Shown: piece after piece, positions 39,025 to 48,576 of the stretch
Layout: each line of letters begins with the position of its first letter
Numbering within the stretch: the first letter of the stretch is position 1
NCBI GenBank assembly: GCA_028289605.1
Contig: JANQON010000004.1
Span: 74,547 to 138,546, forward strand
DNA: 64,000 nucleotides
Direction of reading: 5' to 3'
DNA from: Hyphococcus sp.
GTDB taxonomy: Bacteria; Pseudomonadota; Alphaproteobacteria; Caulobacterales; Parvularculaceae
Translations under genes and position numbers: made by a program
The notes under the pieces: model-generated
What the model was told of the DNA's origin: nothing
The model's database searches: none
What the model saw: only the letters and a program-made list of their open reading frames with translations

Positions 39025-39678
39025 ATGGCAAACGCATCAATCGCCGTTTTGATTTCGGGCCGCGGTTCAAACCTGAAATCCCTGATCGACGCATGCGCCG
39101 ACGACGGCTTTCCAGCCGAAATTTCGCTCGTCATCTCCAACCGACCGAAAGCGCCCGGCCTCAAGCACGCTGAGACGGCCGGCATTCGCCAAGCGGTCAT
39201 TGACCATCGTGATTTTGAGACACGGGAAGAGTTCGATGCCGCCCTAGACGAGCGGCTCCAGGCCGAAGGCGTCGATTTCGTCTGTCTTGCCGGATTTATG
39301 CGCCTGCTCAGCGACGGATTTGTCGATGAATGGCGCGGGCGGCTGATAAACATTCACCCATCCTTGCTGCCGGCGTTCCGCGGTTTGAACGTGCAAGAAA
39401 GAACGTTGGACGCCGGCGTCAAAATTGCCGGGTGCACAGTTCATTTCGTGTCGCCCGAATTAGATGCGGGTCCGATTATCGGTCAGGCAGCCGTACCTGT
39501 TTTGCCCACGGACAATGTCAGTTCGCTGTCTTCCAGAATCCTTGAGCAGGAGCACAAACTCTATCCACAGTGTTTGCGGCTGGTCGTCGAAGGAAAGGCT
39601 CGGATTTCAGGTGCTGTCGTGCAATACGATGCAGAAATCCAGTGTGTCGGCGCATTACTTAATCCGCCGACAGACTAA
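39025..39678 (+). CDS. purN: phosphoribosylglycinamide formyltransferase
   Basis: Start at ATG 39025 (MANASIAVLISGRGSNL). Also INIHPSLLPAFRG and HFVSPELDAGPII. Confidence 0.93.
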   Translation: MANASIAVLISGRGSNLKSLIDACADDGFPAEISLVISNRPKAPGLKHAETAGIRQAVIDHRDFETREEFDAALDERLQAEGVDFVCLAGFMRLLSDGFVDEWRGRLINIHPSLLPAFRGLNVQERTLDAGVKIAGCTVHFVSPELDAGPIIGQAAVPVLPTDNVSSLSSRILEQEHKLYPQCLRLVVEGKARISGAVVQYDAEIQCVGALLNPPTD

Positions 39679-40424
39679 GTCGCAGCGGCGCTGTACTGCT
39701 CGGAGAACTCCCGAACCCGCGCTGCATTGGCGCCGAGATCCGAGACGCCGACTCGGGATTTTGAACGGATATCCAGTCGCGCGCCGTCGCCGTCCGGCGT
39801 CACGCGAACCACGAAATCATCGACAAAGCCGAACCAGAGGCTGGTATCCGCCGCTTCAATCGCCCAACCTTCACCGACAGGTCCGTCCCTGAGCAACTCC
39901 ATGCCCATGGCTTTGATCACGTCGGTTGCGATCGCAGCGGCTTCTTCTACCGGCAGGCCAACGACAATTGGCCCGATATCCGGAAAAGCCTCTTGTTGCG
40001 CTTCCGCAATTGTCAGTTCAGAGCGCGGCGCCGGCTCGGCGCCGACATAGTCCGGCGGATTCTTTCGCTCTTCCTCCGCGCCGGCAAGAATCTGAGGCGG
40101 ATTTTCGAAGTCTGTCGTGATATCGTGGATGAAAGGGTTGGCGTCGACAGCCTGCTTCATTTTCACCGGCACCATCGCCGCTGCGCCCGCCATCAGCGCG
40201 GCCAGCAGCGGAACGATCGCCATACTCCTGGCGCCGATCATCGCGGCGACGAACGCGGCGACGCTCACGCCGGCGGCGATCATCGCCGGCAATGCGGCCT
40301 GGCGAATAATGCCTAACCCGGTTCCGTATTCCCAAATCCCAAGACGGGTTCCCGGACCCGATAGCGCGATCGCCAGCGCAATTGCGATCGCCCCAAGCGA
40401 TACCAACCAAATGACAATTCGCAT
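39675..40424 (-). CDS. DUF1499 domain-containing membrane protein
   Basis: N-terminal TM segments. The C-terminus FVDDFVVRVTPDGDGARLDIRSKSRVGVSDLGANAARV matches the DUF1499 signature as I recall it. Confidence 0.7.
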   Translation of the reverse strand: MRIVIWLVSLGAIAIALAIALSGPGTRLGIWEYGTGLGIIRQAALPAMIAAGVSVAAFVAAMIGARSMAIVPLLAALMAGAAAMVPVKMKQAVDANPFIHDITTDFENPPQILAGAEEERKNPPDYVGAEPAPRSELTIAEAQQEAFPDIGPIVVGLPVEEAAAIATDVIKAMGMELLRDGPVGEGWAIEAADTSLWFGFVDDFVVRVTPDGDGARLDIRSKSRVGVSDLGANAARVREFSEQYSAAAT

Positions 40425-40555
40425 CGTGAGATTCCTTCCTGTTTCCGTCTATTCTATCGACGAATTCCTGCACAGGCCATACCGGGAATTTCTCCCAAAC
40501 CGTTGTATTCTCGAGCATACTGCCTATCTGGCGTGTGCAGTGGAGGAAATTCGAT

Positions 40556-40873
40556 ATGGCGCGCCCAGTGACGATCACGCTTTCCCATGATCTCGGTCAG
40601 GAAGAAGCGCGCAGGCGTTTCCGTGACGGCTTCGGCAAGCTGCAGCAGCAGCTCTCCGGCGGCATGCTCTTCAAATTCTCGGAGACCTGGGAGACCGAAG
40701 ACCGACTCACATTTGTCGCAAAAGGCCTCGGTCAAACGATCACCGGCGAAATTGACATTTTTCCGCAGCATGTCCGAATTATCGCAACCCTGCCGGGCGT
40801 CTTGGCCGCGATCGCGGAAACGATCGCGGGTCGGGTAGAGAAAGAAGGTCAAATTCTTTTGGAGAAGAAATAG
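40556..40873 (+). CDS. polyhydroxyalkanoic acid system family protein (small, PHA-granule-region type)
   Basis: 105 aa from MARPVTITLSHDLGQEEARRRF with RBS GGAGGA upstream. The architecture resembles TIGR02610-type proteins, though this call rests on recollection of the family. Confidence 0.55.
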   Translation: MARPVTITLSHDLGQEEARRRFRDGFGKLQQQLSGGMLFKFSETWETEDRLTFVAKGLGQTITGEIDIFPQHVRIIATLPGVLAAIAETIAGRVEKEGQILLEKK

Positions 40874-41017
40874 GCTTTTCTTTCGCGAATGATGCGGCGA
40901 TCAACCGGTCCATTCCCGGCGTTCGATTCGCAACACTGTGATCGGTTGCTATTGCCAGGAAGAACATCACTGCAATTGGTATTGCAATCAATGTCGTCTT
41001 CGGCCGCAAAACATAAC

Positions 41018-41989
41018 CTAAGCTTGGCGCAGCATTTTTTCCGTTTCCTCCCACAGACGTAACGCTGCTGCGTCGTCCACAGCCCACGGCGCGACATGCA
41101 AATGCCGCGGAGAGTCTGAAGTCGCCAGCTGCGCGATATCGCAATCCTCGCAATATTCGCCCCCACGATCATTCAAGGCGCTGCTGGTTGCGCACCACAG
41201 CGACGTTGTGCATCCCTGTTCGGGAGATTTGAAAACGGCGGCGGCCTGTTCGGAAAGTGCGCCGGTTTCATCAATCCATCCCAGCGCAACCATTTCTTCG
41301 GTTGTGAGGTGGCGCTGCAACGGCGTAACGATACCGCCCGGATGAACAGAAAAGGCTTTCACCCCGTCCCGAGCTAATCTTCGGTTCAATTCCAATGCGA
41401 ACAATGCATTCGCAGTCTTTGATTGTCCGTAGGCTTCCCACTTATCGTAAGGCCTGTTGTGAAAGTGTATGTCTTCGAACTGAATCGCCGATCGCTTATG
41501 GCCCACTGAAGACAAACACACCACGCGTGCTCCTTCGCTCGTCCTGAGGAGCGGCGTCAATTCATTCGTCAGGACAAAGTGTCCTATGTGGTTGGTTCCG
41601 AACTGGGCTTCCCATTCGTCTCCTATTCGCGTTTCCGGACACGCCATCACACCGGCGTTGTTGATGAGCAAATGCAGCGCGCTCAGATTGTCACGGAACT
41701 CTGATGCGAAGCGGCGCACGGTCGACAAATCAGTCAGGTCCATCGCCATCACCTTGGCGTTCAATCCCGCTTCGCGTAGTGACTTTTCAGCCGCATCCGG
41801 GCGACGCGCGGGCGCAACGACATCAGCGCCCGCCGCCTCAAGCGCCCGTGTCGTTTCCAGGCCAATACCGGAATAGCCGCCTGTCACAATCGCTGTCTTA
41901 TGGGATAGGTCGATCCCCGCCATTACCTCGGCGGCGCTCGGTTTCGGCCCGAAGCCGGATCCAATGGGAATTTGAGATCGCGCGGACAT
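41018..41989 (-). CDS. SDR family oxidoreductase (retinol dehydrogenase-like)
   Basis: HKTAIVTGGYSGIGLETTRAL, NNAGVM and YGQSKTAN catalytic motifs. The start is either 41989 or 42043. Confidence 0.8.
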   Translation of the reverse strand: MSARSQIPIGSGFGPKPSAAEVMAGIDLSHKTAIVTGGYSGIGLETTRALEAAGADVVAPARRPDAAEKSLREAGLNAKVMAMDLTDLSTVRRFASEFRDNLSALHLLINNAGVMACPETRIGDEWEAQFGTNHIGHFVLTNELTPLLRTSEGARVVCLSSVGHKRSAIQFEDIHFHNRPYDKWEAYGQSKTANALFALELNRRLARDGVKAFSVHPGGIVTPLQRHLTTEEMVALGWIDETGALSEQAAAVFKSPEQGCTTSLWCATSSALNDRGGEYCEDCDIAQLATSDSPRHLHVAPWAVDDAAALRLWEETEKMLRQA

Positions 41990-42071
41990 AGCGCCTCCAT
42001 GATGAACGCCGGCACGGTAACGCGCGCTGCGGCCGAGCGCCATAAAGGCCTGCGGCTCAAAATCCGCGGTT

Positions 42072-42112
42072 GACTACAAGCGTAATCTTCTGTTTAGATT
42101 ACAGCTGTAGTC
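42072..42112. promoter_or_regulatory. BlaI/MecI-type operator (two TACA..TGTA dyads) overlapping a candidate promoter
   Basis: gactacaagcgtaatct (42072-42088) and agattacagctgtagtc (42096-42112) form an inverted repeat matching at 14 of 17 positions. The right half contains the perfect palindrome TACAGCTGTA. TTGACT at 42070-42075 could be a -35 box. Confidence 0.55.
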
Positions 42113-42119
42113 TATTGCG

Positions 42120-42503
42120 ATGGCCATGGATAAACCGATTTCAAACGCTGAATTCCAGATCATGGACGTTTTGTGGGCCGAGCATCCGCTTGCCGCCGCA
42201 GACGTCGCCGCGAGAGTGTGGGCGAAAACCAAGTGGAGTCAGCGAACCGTCAAGACGTTGCTCGGCCGTCTGGTTGACAAAGGAGCCCTGAAGCATCGGG
42301 CCGAAGGTCGGCGATATCTTTATCGCCCGACATTGTCTCGCGAAGAATACGCCCAAGAAGAAACGGAGACGCTGGCGGATAAACTGTTCAATGGGCGCGC
42401 AGCGCCTTTAGTCGCGCATCTCGCCGATGGAAGAGGGCTGACGTCAGATGACATTGACGAACTGGAAACATTGATTGCGGAGCTGAAGCGTGACCGCAAA
42501 TAG
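42120..42503 (+). CDS. BlaI/MecI/CopY family transcriptional repressor
   Basis: 127 aa. ISNAEFQIMDVLW....WSQRTVKTLLGRLVDKGAL is the winged-helix Penicillinase_R signature. Confidence 0.85.
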   Translation: MAMDKPISNAEFQIMDVLWAEHPLAAADVAARVWAKTKWSQRTVKTLLGRLVDKGALKHRAEGRRYLYRPTLSREEYAQEETETLADKLFNGRAAPLVAHLADGRGLTSDDIDELETLIAELKRDRK

Positions 42504-43926
42504 CATTCTCTACGCGGCAGCGGAAACGTCCGCTGCGGTCGCCCTCCTCATTATCCTGGTGCTGATTGTTCGACGGCCGGTGAAACGCGTGTTCGGCGCC
42601 GGCGCGGCCTATGCGCTTTGGCTGGCTCCCGCTGCTCGGCTGTTGCTTCCAGAGCTGAAGATTCTACCCGCGTCGAGCCCCGTCGCGGATGCAGCGCCGC
42701 CGGCCGACTTCGTTTTTGCCCAGACTCTGGTTTCAGCGAATACGGGCCTGGACTGGTTCGCCGTCGCCTCCGCCGCCGCCATATTTCTGTGGGTAACCAT
42801 CGCAGTGGCCTGGATCGCTCTCCGCATGGAGGAACACCGACGTTTCATATCGAACGCCATCAGCGCTTCCAGTCCGGCGCCCCTTTCCGTCATGCGCGAA
42901 ACTCGCGCCGTTGCAACGGATATGGGAATGAATGCACGGTTTCGCATGCGCATCGCCCAAGGTCCGGCGGGCCCTTTGGTCATAGGCGTCTTTCGACCGC
43001 TCATCATTTTGCCGGCGGACTTCGAAACTGAGTATACGCCTGCCGAACGCCGCCTCGCGATCGCTCATGAACTCGCCCATATCGCCCGCGGCGACCTAAC
43101 CGCCGGTTTTGCGGCAATGATTATTCAGGCCTTGCAATGGCCAAACCCACTCATTCACGTCGCTGTCCGGGCGTTCCGCGTAGATCAAGAGGCGGCGTGC
43201 GACGCAGCAGTGCTGAAGCGCGCATCCGGACCGGATGCGGTCAGCGACTACGCATGCGCGATTCTCAAAACGGCGAAGCGAACGCATCAACCCGCATACG
43301 GATTATCTTTAGGCCATCCCTTGAAGGAGCGACTAATGTCTCTAACGCAACACAAACCTAGTTTTCTTAGGCAAACGGCGGGACGCGCGATTGCCGCCCT
43401 CTTGGTTGTCGGCGGACTCGCCGCTACCGCAAGTTACGGTTACGCAGCAAGCGACGAAGACAAGTCTATTGACGAGGATGTCAGAGTCGAGGTCGACGTG
43501 GTCAAAGAAAAGCGGGTGCTGATTTTCAACGGCACAGAAGACGAGATCATCTTTGACGATATGGTGGTCGGCGATCGCGTGCGCGTATTGGAATTTGACG
43601 ACGGCAAAGGCGAGCGCCGCGTCATCAGGGTCCATGGCAAAGGTGATCACGACGCCCACTTCAACGCCGACTGTGTCTCATCCGAAGAAGACGGCGAACC
43701 TGTGATGCTCGAGTGGCGCAACGAAACGGGCGACGACGAGAACAAGCACGTTTCTCACACAGTGATTTGCCTGACCGGCGAAGAAGCCACTCCGGAAAAC
43801 CGCGCTAAAGCTCTGCGGGAGGCTATCGACAAGCTCGAGAAGAACGCCAAGGCGGAAGAGCAACGCCGAAAAGACATGATCAAATCACTGCGCGCCCAAG
43901 CCCGGGAACTCGAAAAACAGCAGTAG
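42490..43926 (+). CDS. M56 (BlaR1-like) membrane metallopeptidase with non-canonical acidic/coiled-coil C-terminal domain
   Basis: GTG start overlapping blaI by 14 nt. There are N-terminal TM segments and the zinc motif HELAHIARGD (HELAH at 43066-43080). I see no SxxK penicillin-binding domain. Confidence 0.8.
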   Translation: MTANSILYAAAETSAAVALLIILVLIVRRPVKRVFGAGAAYALWLAPAARLLLPELKILPASSPVADAAPPADFVFAQTLVSANTGLDWFAVASAAAIFLWVTIAVAWIALRMEEHRRFISNAISASSPAPLSVMRETRAVATDMGMNARFRMRIAQGPAGPLVIGVFRPLIILPADFETEYTPAERRLAIAHELAHIARGDLTAGFAAMIIQALQWPNPLIHVAVRAFRVDQEAACDAAVLKRASGPDAVSDYACAILKTAKRTHQPAYGLSLGHPLKERLMSLTQHKPSFLRQTAGRAIAALLVVGGLAATASYGYAASDEDKSIDEDVRVEVDVVKEKRVLIFNGTEDEIIFDDMVVGDRVRVLEFDDGKGERRVIRVHGKGDHDAHFNADCVSSEEDGEPVMLEWRNETGDDENKHVSHTVICLTGEEATPENRAKALREAIDKLEKNAKAEEQRRKDMIKSLRAQARELEKQQ

Positions 43927-43957
43927 ATCCGTTTCTCGTCGGAGCGCCGCCTGGGCT

Positions 43958-44746
43958 CTACGCCCAGGGCTGCTCCAAATTTGAGTAGGCCATGCCGCCA
44001 TCGACAGCGAGCGTGTCGCCTATGACGTAGTCGCCGGCCCGCGACGCGAGGAAAACGGCGGTTCCAGCCATGTCCGTGTCGCGGCCGATGCGTTTTGCCG
44101 GAATAAGGTTCGCAGTCTGGTCCGGCATGTCTCGCGCCGCGAAGTTCATTTCAGACGAAAAGGCGCCCGGAGCAATTCCTGAGACACAGATATTGTCCTG
44201 GATGAGCCGGGCCGCCAAACGTCGCGTCAGGTGAATGACCGCCGCTTTCGACGCCTGGTAGGCGTAGGTCTCCCAGGGATTGATCTTGATCCCGTCGATC
44301 GAAGCGATGTTGATCACTTTCGCCGGCTTGTCTTCGCTCGCTGCATTTTTCAACGCGCCGTGCATCGCCTGAGTCAGATAGAACAAGGATTTGACATTCA
44401 GATCCATTGTCTTGTCCCACCCCTTTTCAGGAAAGGTTTCGAACGGTTCGCCCCAGGCGGCCCCGGCATTGTTGACAAGAATATCGATCGCTTCGTCCTG
44501 CTTGACGACTTCGGCGGCAAACTCTCGGCAGCCGTCGACTGTTGAGAGATCGAACGGCAGCGATATGCAGGTTCCGAGCGCTGAAAGCTCCGCAGCAGTT
44601 TCATTGCACGCTTCGGCTTTGCGGGCGGAAATGTAGACTTTCGCCCCTTGCTCCACAAATCCTTGCGCTATCATTTTGCCGATACCGCGCGACCCGCCGG
44701 TGACGACCGCAACGCGGCCCTGGAGCGAAAAGAGATCTTTCATCAT
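43958..44746 (-). CDS. SDR family oxidoreductase (3-oxoacyl-ACP reductase/RhlG-like)
   Basis: From MMKDLFSLQGRVAVVTGGSRGIGKMIAQGF, with NNAGAAWG and YQASKAAV. Confidence 0.85.
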   Translation of the reverse strand: MMKDLFSLQGRVAVVTGGSRGIGKMIAQGFVEQGAKVYISARKAEACNETAAELSALGTCISLPFDLSTVDGCREFAAEVVKQDEAIDILVNNAGAAWGEPFETFPEKGWDKTMDLNVKSLFYLTQAMHGALKNAASEDKPAKVINIASIDGIKINPWETYAYQASKAAVIHLTRRLAARLIQDNICVSGIAPGAFSSEMNFAARDMPDQTANLIPAKRIGRDTDMAGTAVFLASRAGDYVIGDTLAVDGGMAYSNLEQPWA

Positions 44747-44760
44747 TGCGTGTTCATTCC

Positions 44761-45198
44761 CTATTGCGGCGGGTAGTACCAAAACCGCTTGATTTTGCCG
44801 TCGGAGAACTCGTAGACGACGATTGAAGCCTGCGATTTTCGCTCGCCGTCCTGTTTCCAGACGGGTCGCTCCACCGCCGTTAAATAATCGCCGTTGACAG
44901 CGATGTCTTCAAGGCTGGATGACACCTCGGGGTAAGACTCGAAATAGGCTACCAGTTCGGAGTGCAACGCGTCTGCGCTATCCGTCACCACGCTTGCCTG
45001 TTCGCCGACGATTTCGATCCAGGTCACGTCATCGTGCCAGTATTCCCGCATTTTTTCTGCGTCATGGGCGTTGAAGGCGGTCATCAGCGCCTTAACGGTT
45101 GCGACGTTCGGGCCCGCAGCTTCGTCGTCTTCATGACGCTCTGCATCTGGAGCGCATGCTGCGAGGCCCAGCGCAGCGAGTAATAGCATACGTTTCAT
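44761..45198 (-). CDS. SnoaL-like/NTF2 family lipoprotein
   Basis: Lipobox LGLAAC, and VKALMTAFNAHDAEKMREYWHDDVTWIEI typical of SnoaL-like folds. Confidence 0.65.
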   Translation of the reverse strand: MKRMLLLAALGLAACAPDAERHEDDEAAGPNVATVKALMTAFNAHDAEKMREYWHDDVTWIEIVGEQASVVTDSADALHSELVAYFESYPEVSSSLEDIAVNGDYLTAVERPVWKQDGERKSQASIVVYEFSDGKIKRFWYYPPQ

Positions 45199-45626
45199 CG
45201 GATCACCTGTTGTCGCTCTGTAACTGATACGCTCGCAAGATAGTCGCCGCCGCGAATAATCCGCTTGCCATCGAGCGACCAGTTATACAAGTAGATCCAA
45301 CACTCAAGCGATGCGCGATGCGCCGAAACTCTTCTGATCACCCGGCGATACTCCCAGGGCTCAGGGTCCTTGACCCCGCATCCCTCAAATTCATCCAATG
45401 CGGCCAGGAACTGCGGGTCATTGGGTATCTCAAACACATCCCCGAGGACACATTCGGACGCCGTCTCCGAATCGATCACGCCGGGATAGCCGTCAATCTC
45501 AAAGAGCCGTCCCTGAAATCTCGCCGGTCCGACGTAATGCGCCTGATCCATCAGGTTTTCAGCGACGCCATGACCGCTCGACGGCCGCAGAAGACCGTAG
45601 ACAAATAGATTTTGCGCGTTGGTCAT
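45195..45626 (-). CDS. gamma-glutamylcyclotransferase (AIG2/GGACT-like) family protein
   Basis: From MTNAQNLFVYGLLRP. The YGxL N-terminal motif and the size fit the family. The stop overlaps the next gene's start by 4 nt. Confidence 0.7.
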   Translation of the reverse strand: MTNAQNLFVYGLLRPSSGHGVAENLMDQAHYVGPARFQGRLFEIDGYPGVIDSETASECVLGDVFEIPNDPQFLAALDEFEGCGVKDPEPWEYRRVIRRVSAHRASLECWIYLYNWSLDGKRIIRGGDYLASVSVTERQQVIR

Positions 45627-45645
45627 TGGAGAAACGGGGTCGCCG

Positions 45646-47352
45646 TCACGCTGCGCCAAAGCGGCCACGCCATTCGTCGATTTGATCATCTTCGATTTTG
45701 GCGAACAAAACCTCAGGCAGGGTGAACGGCTCATCTCCCTTCAGCGCGGACAAGGCGTCGGCCGCGCCTGTCGGCCATTTTGCGCCGTCATCGGGATCGA
45801 TCCCGAATATCGCAAACATCTTATCCGCCGTGAACGGAATGACCGGCCGCGACAAGGTCGCAAACAATAAGATCAGATTAAGACCGCACCGGACCGAGGC
45901 GGCGGCCCGCGCCTTGTCTTCTTTGATTGTCGTCCACGGCGCTGCAATCTGAAGATACTCGTTGCCCGCCACCCAAATTGCACGGAGCTCATTAAACGCC
46001 TTCCGGAATTCCATCTCTTCAAGATATTGGGCGTAAGCTGAAATCCGACCATCCAGTTCCTGAATGAGCGCGTTTTCCGGTTCCCCGTACGCCCCCTCAC
46101 CCGGTGTTGCAGAACCAAAACGCGCGTTGCAAAACCGCGTGATACGATTGACGAAATTGCCAAGAACATCGGCCAGGTCCTTGTTCACGACAGAAGCGAA
46201 GTGCTCCAACGTAAACGATGCATCATCAGATTCCGGCGCATTCGCCATCAGGTGCCAGCGCCAATAATCCGGCGGCAGAATATCCAGCGCCTGATCCATA
46301 AAAATTCCGCGGTTTTCACTGGTGGAGAATTTTCCACCGTACCATGTCAGCCAGTTCAGCGCCTTCAACGCGTCAACAGTCTTCCAGGGTTCATCGGAAC
46401 CAAGTATCGTAGCGGGGAAGCTGACAGTGTGAAAAGCGACATTGTCCTTGCCCATGACCTGAACATATTTGACGTCATCCGCGCCTTTGTCTGTCCGCCA
46501 CCAACGTTCCCAGTTCTCATCATTGGCGATCGCCCATTCCTCAGTGGCGGCGATATATGCGATCGGCGCATCGAACCAAACGTAAAAGACCTTGTTCTCG
46601 AACCCCGGCCGAGGCGTTCCTTCATAGGCGACGGGTACGCCCCACTTCAGATCACGGGTGATGGATCGATCGCGCAATCCTTCTTTCAGCCATTTTCGGG
46701 CGATTGACTTGGTCAATGTGGGCCAGTTGTCGTTTTTCTCGACCCACGCGCCGATTCGATCCTGCATCTGCGCCTGAAGAAGATACAAATGGGCCGTCTC
46801 CCGCAATTCCACATTGTGCGACCCGGAAATCGACGAATACGGGTTTTTCAGATCGGTGGGATCAAGCAGGCGACCGCAATTGTCGCACTGATCGCCTCGG
46901 GCTTTTTCGTAACCGCAATGAGGGCAGGTTCCTTCCACATAGCGGTCCGGCAGAAAGCGCTGGTCCTCGACGGAGTAGACCTGTTTGTCGGTCCGCTCTT
47001 CAATCAATCCCTTGTCTTCCAGGACTTTGGCGAAATGCTGGGTAAGTTTATGGTTCGGCGCATTCGATGATCGGCCGAAATAGTCGAATGAAAGGCCAAA
47101 CGCGTCTGCGGCGCTGGCCTGGATGTCGTGTTGCTCCCGGCAATAGTCGCGCACGTTTTGGCCCGCAGCGCGCGCCGCGAGTTCAGCGGGCGTCCCGTGT
47201 TCGTCAGTAGCGCAGATAAACAAGACTTCGCGCCCGCGCTGACGCTGGAACCGCGCATAGACGTCCGCGGGCAACATGGAGCCCACAAGGTTCCCCAAGT
47301 GTTTGATTCCATTAATGTATGGAAGTGCGGAGGTGATCAGAATGCGGGCCAT
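45646..47352 (-). CDS. metG: methionine--tRNA ligase
   Basis: From [24 protein letters not shown] (HIGH-type), with a CPHCG...CDNCG zinc knuckle and a KFSTS (KMSKS) motif. Confidence 0.95.
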   Translation of the reverse strand: MARILITSALPYINGIKHLGNLVGSMLPADVYARFQRQRGREVLFICATDEHGTPAELAARAAGQNVRDYCREQHDIQASAADAFGLSFDYFGRSSNAPNHKLTQHFAKVLEDKGLIEERTDKQVYSVEDQRFLPDRYVEGTCPHCGYEKARGDQCDNCGRLLDPTDLKNPYSSISGSHNVELRETAHLYLLQAQMQDRIGAWVEKNDNWPTLTKSIARKWLKEGLRDRSITRDLKWGVPVAYEGTPRPGFENKVFYVWFDAPIAYIAATEEWAIANDENWERWWRTDKGADDVKYVQVMGKDNVAFHTVSFPATILGSDEPWKTVDALKALNWLTWYGGKFSTSENRGIFMDQALDILPPDYWRWHLMANAPESDDASFTLEHFASVVNKDLADVLGNFVNRITRFCNARFGSATPGEGAYGEPENALIQELDGRISAYAQYLEEMEFRKAFNELRAIWVAGNEYLQIAAPWTTIKEDKARAAASVRCGLNLILLFATLSRPVIPFTADKMFAIFGIDPDDGAKWPTGAADALSALKGDEPFTLPEVLFAKIEDDQIDEWRGRFGAA

Positions 47353-47475
47353 CGGAGTGTCTTTCGGAGTGAAAGATCGTCTATAGCGGGAAGCATGCGG
47401 CGACCACAAGCAGGCTGGCGCGCATCACGTGAGGGGGGGCGGAGGTCCCAGACCGTATACAGGCGCGCCCCGCCG

Positions 47476-47967
47476 CTACAGGCTCTTGTACATGATGTGC
47501 GCGTCAACAACGCGGCCGTCCGGCAACTGAAACGCACCCGGCGCGGTTCCAATGATCTCCATGCCTGCTTTGACCCACGCATTGATCGCTGCAGCATTCG
47601 TCGACACGACCAGGTTGAACTTCATCGCCTTGAAACCCATCGATCGCGCTTGCTCCTGTGACTGCAGACAAAGAGGCGTTGCAAGATGACGTCCCCGCGC
47701 CGCCGCCGCGATCACATAGCCCGCGTTGCAGACATGGCTGCCCGGCCCTCCTTGATCCGGACGCAGATAATATGCGCCGAGAAGGGCGTCGCCCTCGTCG
47801 AACACGACGCCGTTGTACCCGTCGGTCTTCAGCCAATACTCTTTTGCATCCCGTTCAGAAACGTCGCGCGGCAAAGGATAGCTGTCGCCCGAGCGGAAAA
47901 CCGGCTCCAAGATACTCCACACTACAGGCCAGTCTTCTTGCTGTTGTTCTCTCACCAGAAACGACAT
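47476..47967 (-). CDS. GNAT family N-acetyltransferase
   Basis: About 163 aa. RGRHLATPLCLQSQEQARSMGFKAMKFNLV resembles the acetyl-CoA binding motif A region. Confidence 0.75.
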   Translation of the reverse strand: MSFLVREQQQEDWPVVWSILEPVFRSGDSYPLPRDVSERDAKEYWLKTDGYNGVVFDEGDALLGAYYLRPDQGGPGSHVCNAGYVIAAAARGRHLATPLCLQSQEQARSMGFKAMKFNLVVSTNAAAINAWVKAGMEIIGTAPGAFQLPDGRVVDAHIMYKSL

Positions 47968-48016
47968 GGTCCGTGCAGCTAGCACGAGACCGGTTCATCG
48001 GTCCAATGGCGGCCCG

Positions 48017-48472
48017 CTAGACTGTTGGACTGTCAAGCCGCACCGCCGCGGCGGCCAGCAAGTCCGACAACGCAGTCAGAATATCCGCGGCGCTATAACC
48101 GTTCGCATACGCAACCAGGTAAGCCACGAACAACATTAGTCCTACGGTTCTCGCGATTGTGCGGCGCGCCGCGAAAAACAATACAAGGCCGCCAATCAGC
48201 TCAATGGGACCGGCCAGTCCGCCCGCTGAAAGGGATCCCCAGATTGCGTCAAGCCATGGAATCTGACTGTGGATCTCCGCCACCCCCGCCGGCGCGCCGG
48301 TCATATGCGTAGCGCCAAGGAATCCCAACAGTCCCGCGCACGCTCCTTGAACCGTGTCCTTGCACACGCCGAACAGACCGCCAACGGTAGGGTGCTCCCC
48401 CGTCGGTTTAACGTCGTACGCCGCCCCCCTGCCTTTGACTACACTGGCCATTTCGATCTCCTCTCTCGTCAT
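48017..48472 (-). CDS. hypothetical small membrane protein, paralog A
   Basis: 151 aa with a Gly/Ala-rich amphipathic region and C-terminal TM helices. It is clearly paralogous to 48577-49050 (TVQGACAGLLGFLGAT / IARTVGLMLFVAYLVAYANG). Confidence 0.6.
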   Translation of the reverse strand: MTREEIEMASVVKGRGAAYDVKPTGEHPTVGGLFGVCKDTVQGACAGLLGFLGATHMTGAPAGVAEIHSQIPWLDAIWGSLSAGGLAGPIELIGGLVLFFAARRTIARTVGLMLFVAYLVAYANGYSAADILTALSDLLAAAAVRLDSPTV

Positions 48473-48520
48473 CTGACCAAGTCAGGGTCAACAAGGTTCG
48501 AGGAAAATTCCGGGCGAAAT

Positions 48521-48540
48521 TGCGGCGCTGCGGCGCCGCA
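48521..48540 (-). terminator. possible weak terminator hairpin between the two paralogs
   Basis: tgcggcgc-tgcg-gcgccgca is a perfect 8-bp stem. On the minus strand it is followed by a moderately U-rich stretch (auuucgcccggaauuuucc). Confidence 0.35.
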
Positions 48541-48576
48541 CGGTTTTGTGATAACAGAAGGTCCGCGCTACAGCCG

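Noticed and set aside
38544-39353. 269-aa minus-strand ORF, plus the 311-aa + ORF starting at 38743
   Set aside because: The first is antisense to purM/purN. The second is purN read from an upstream out-of-context start inside purM, and the real purN start is ATG 39025.
39561-39569. DnaA-box-like sequence ctatccaca (8/9 match to TTATCCACA), not far from hdaA
   Set aside because: It is a single occurrence inside the purN coding region. There is no cluster of boxes and no AT-rich unwinding element, so an origin is not supported.
31997-39678. ppx-ppk-hdaA-DUF2066 / purM-purN block, considered as a possible accessory region
   Set aside because: The composition is uniform and the genes are all core. 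The order matches what I recall for other Alphaproteobacteria, with nothing left unexplained except the unknown role of DUF2066.
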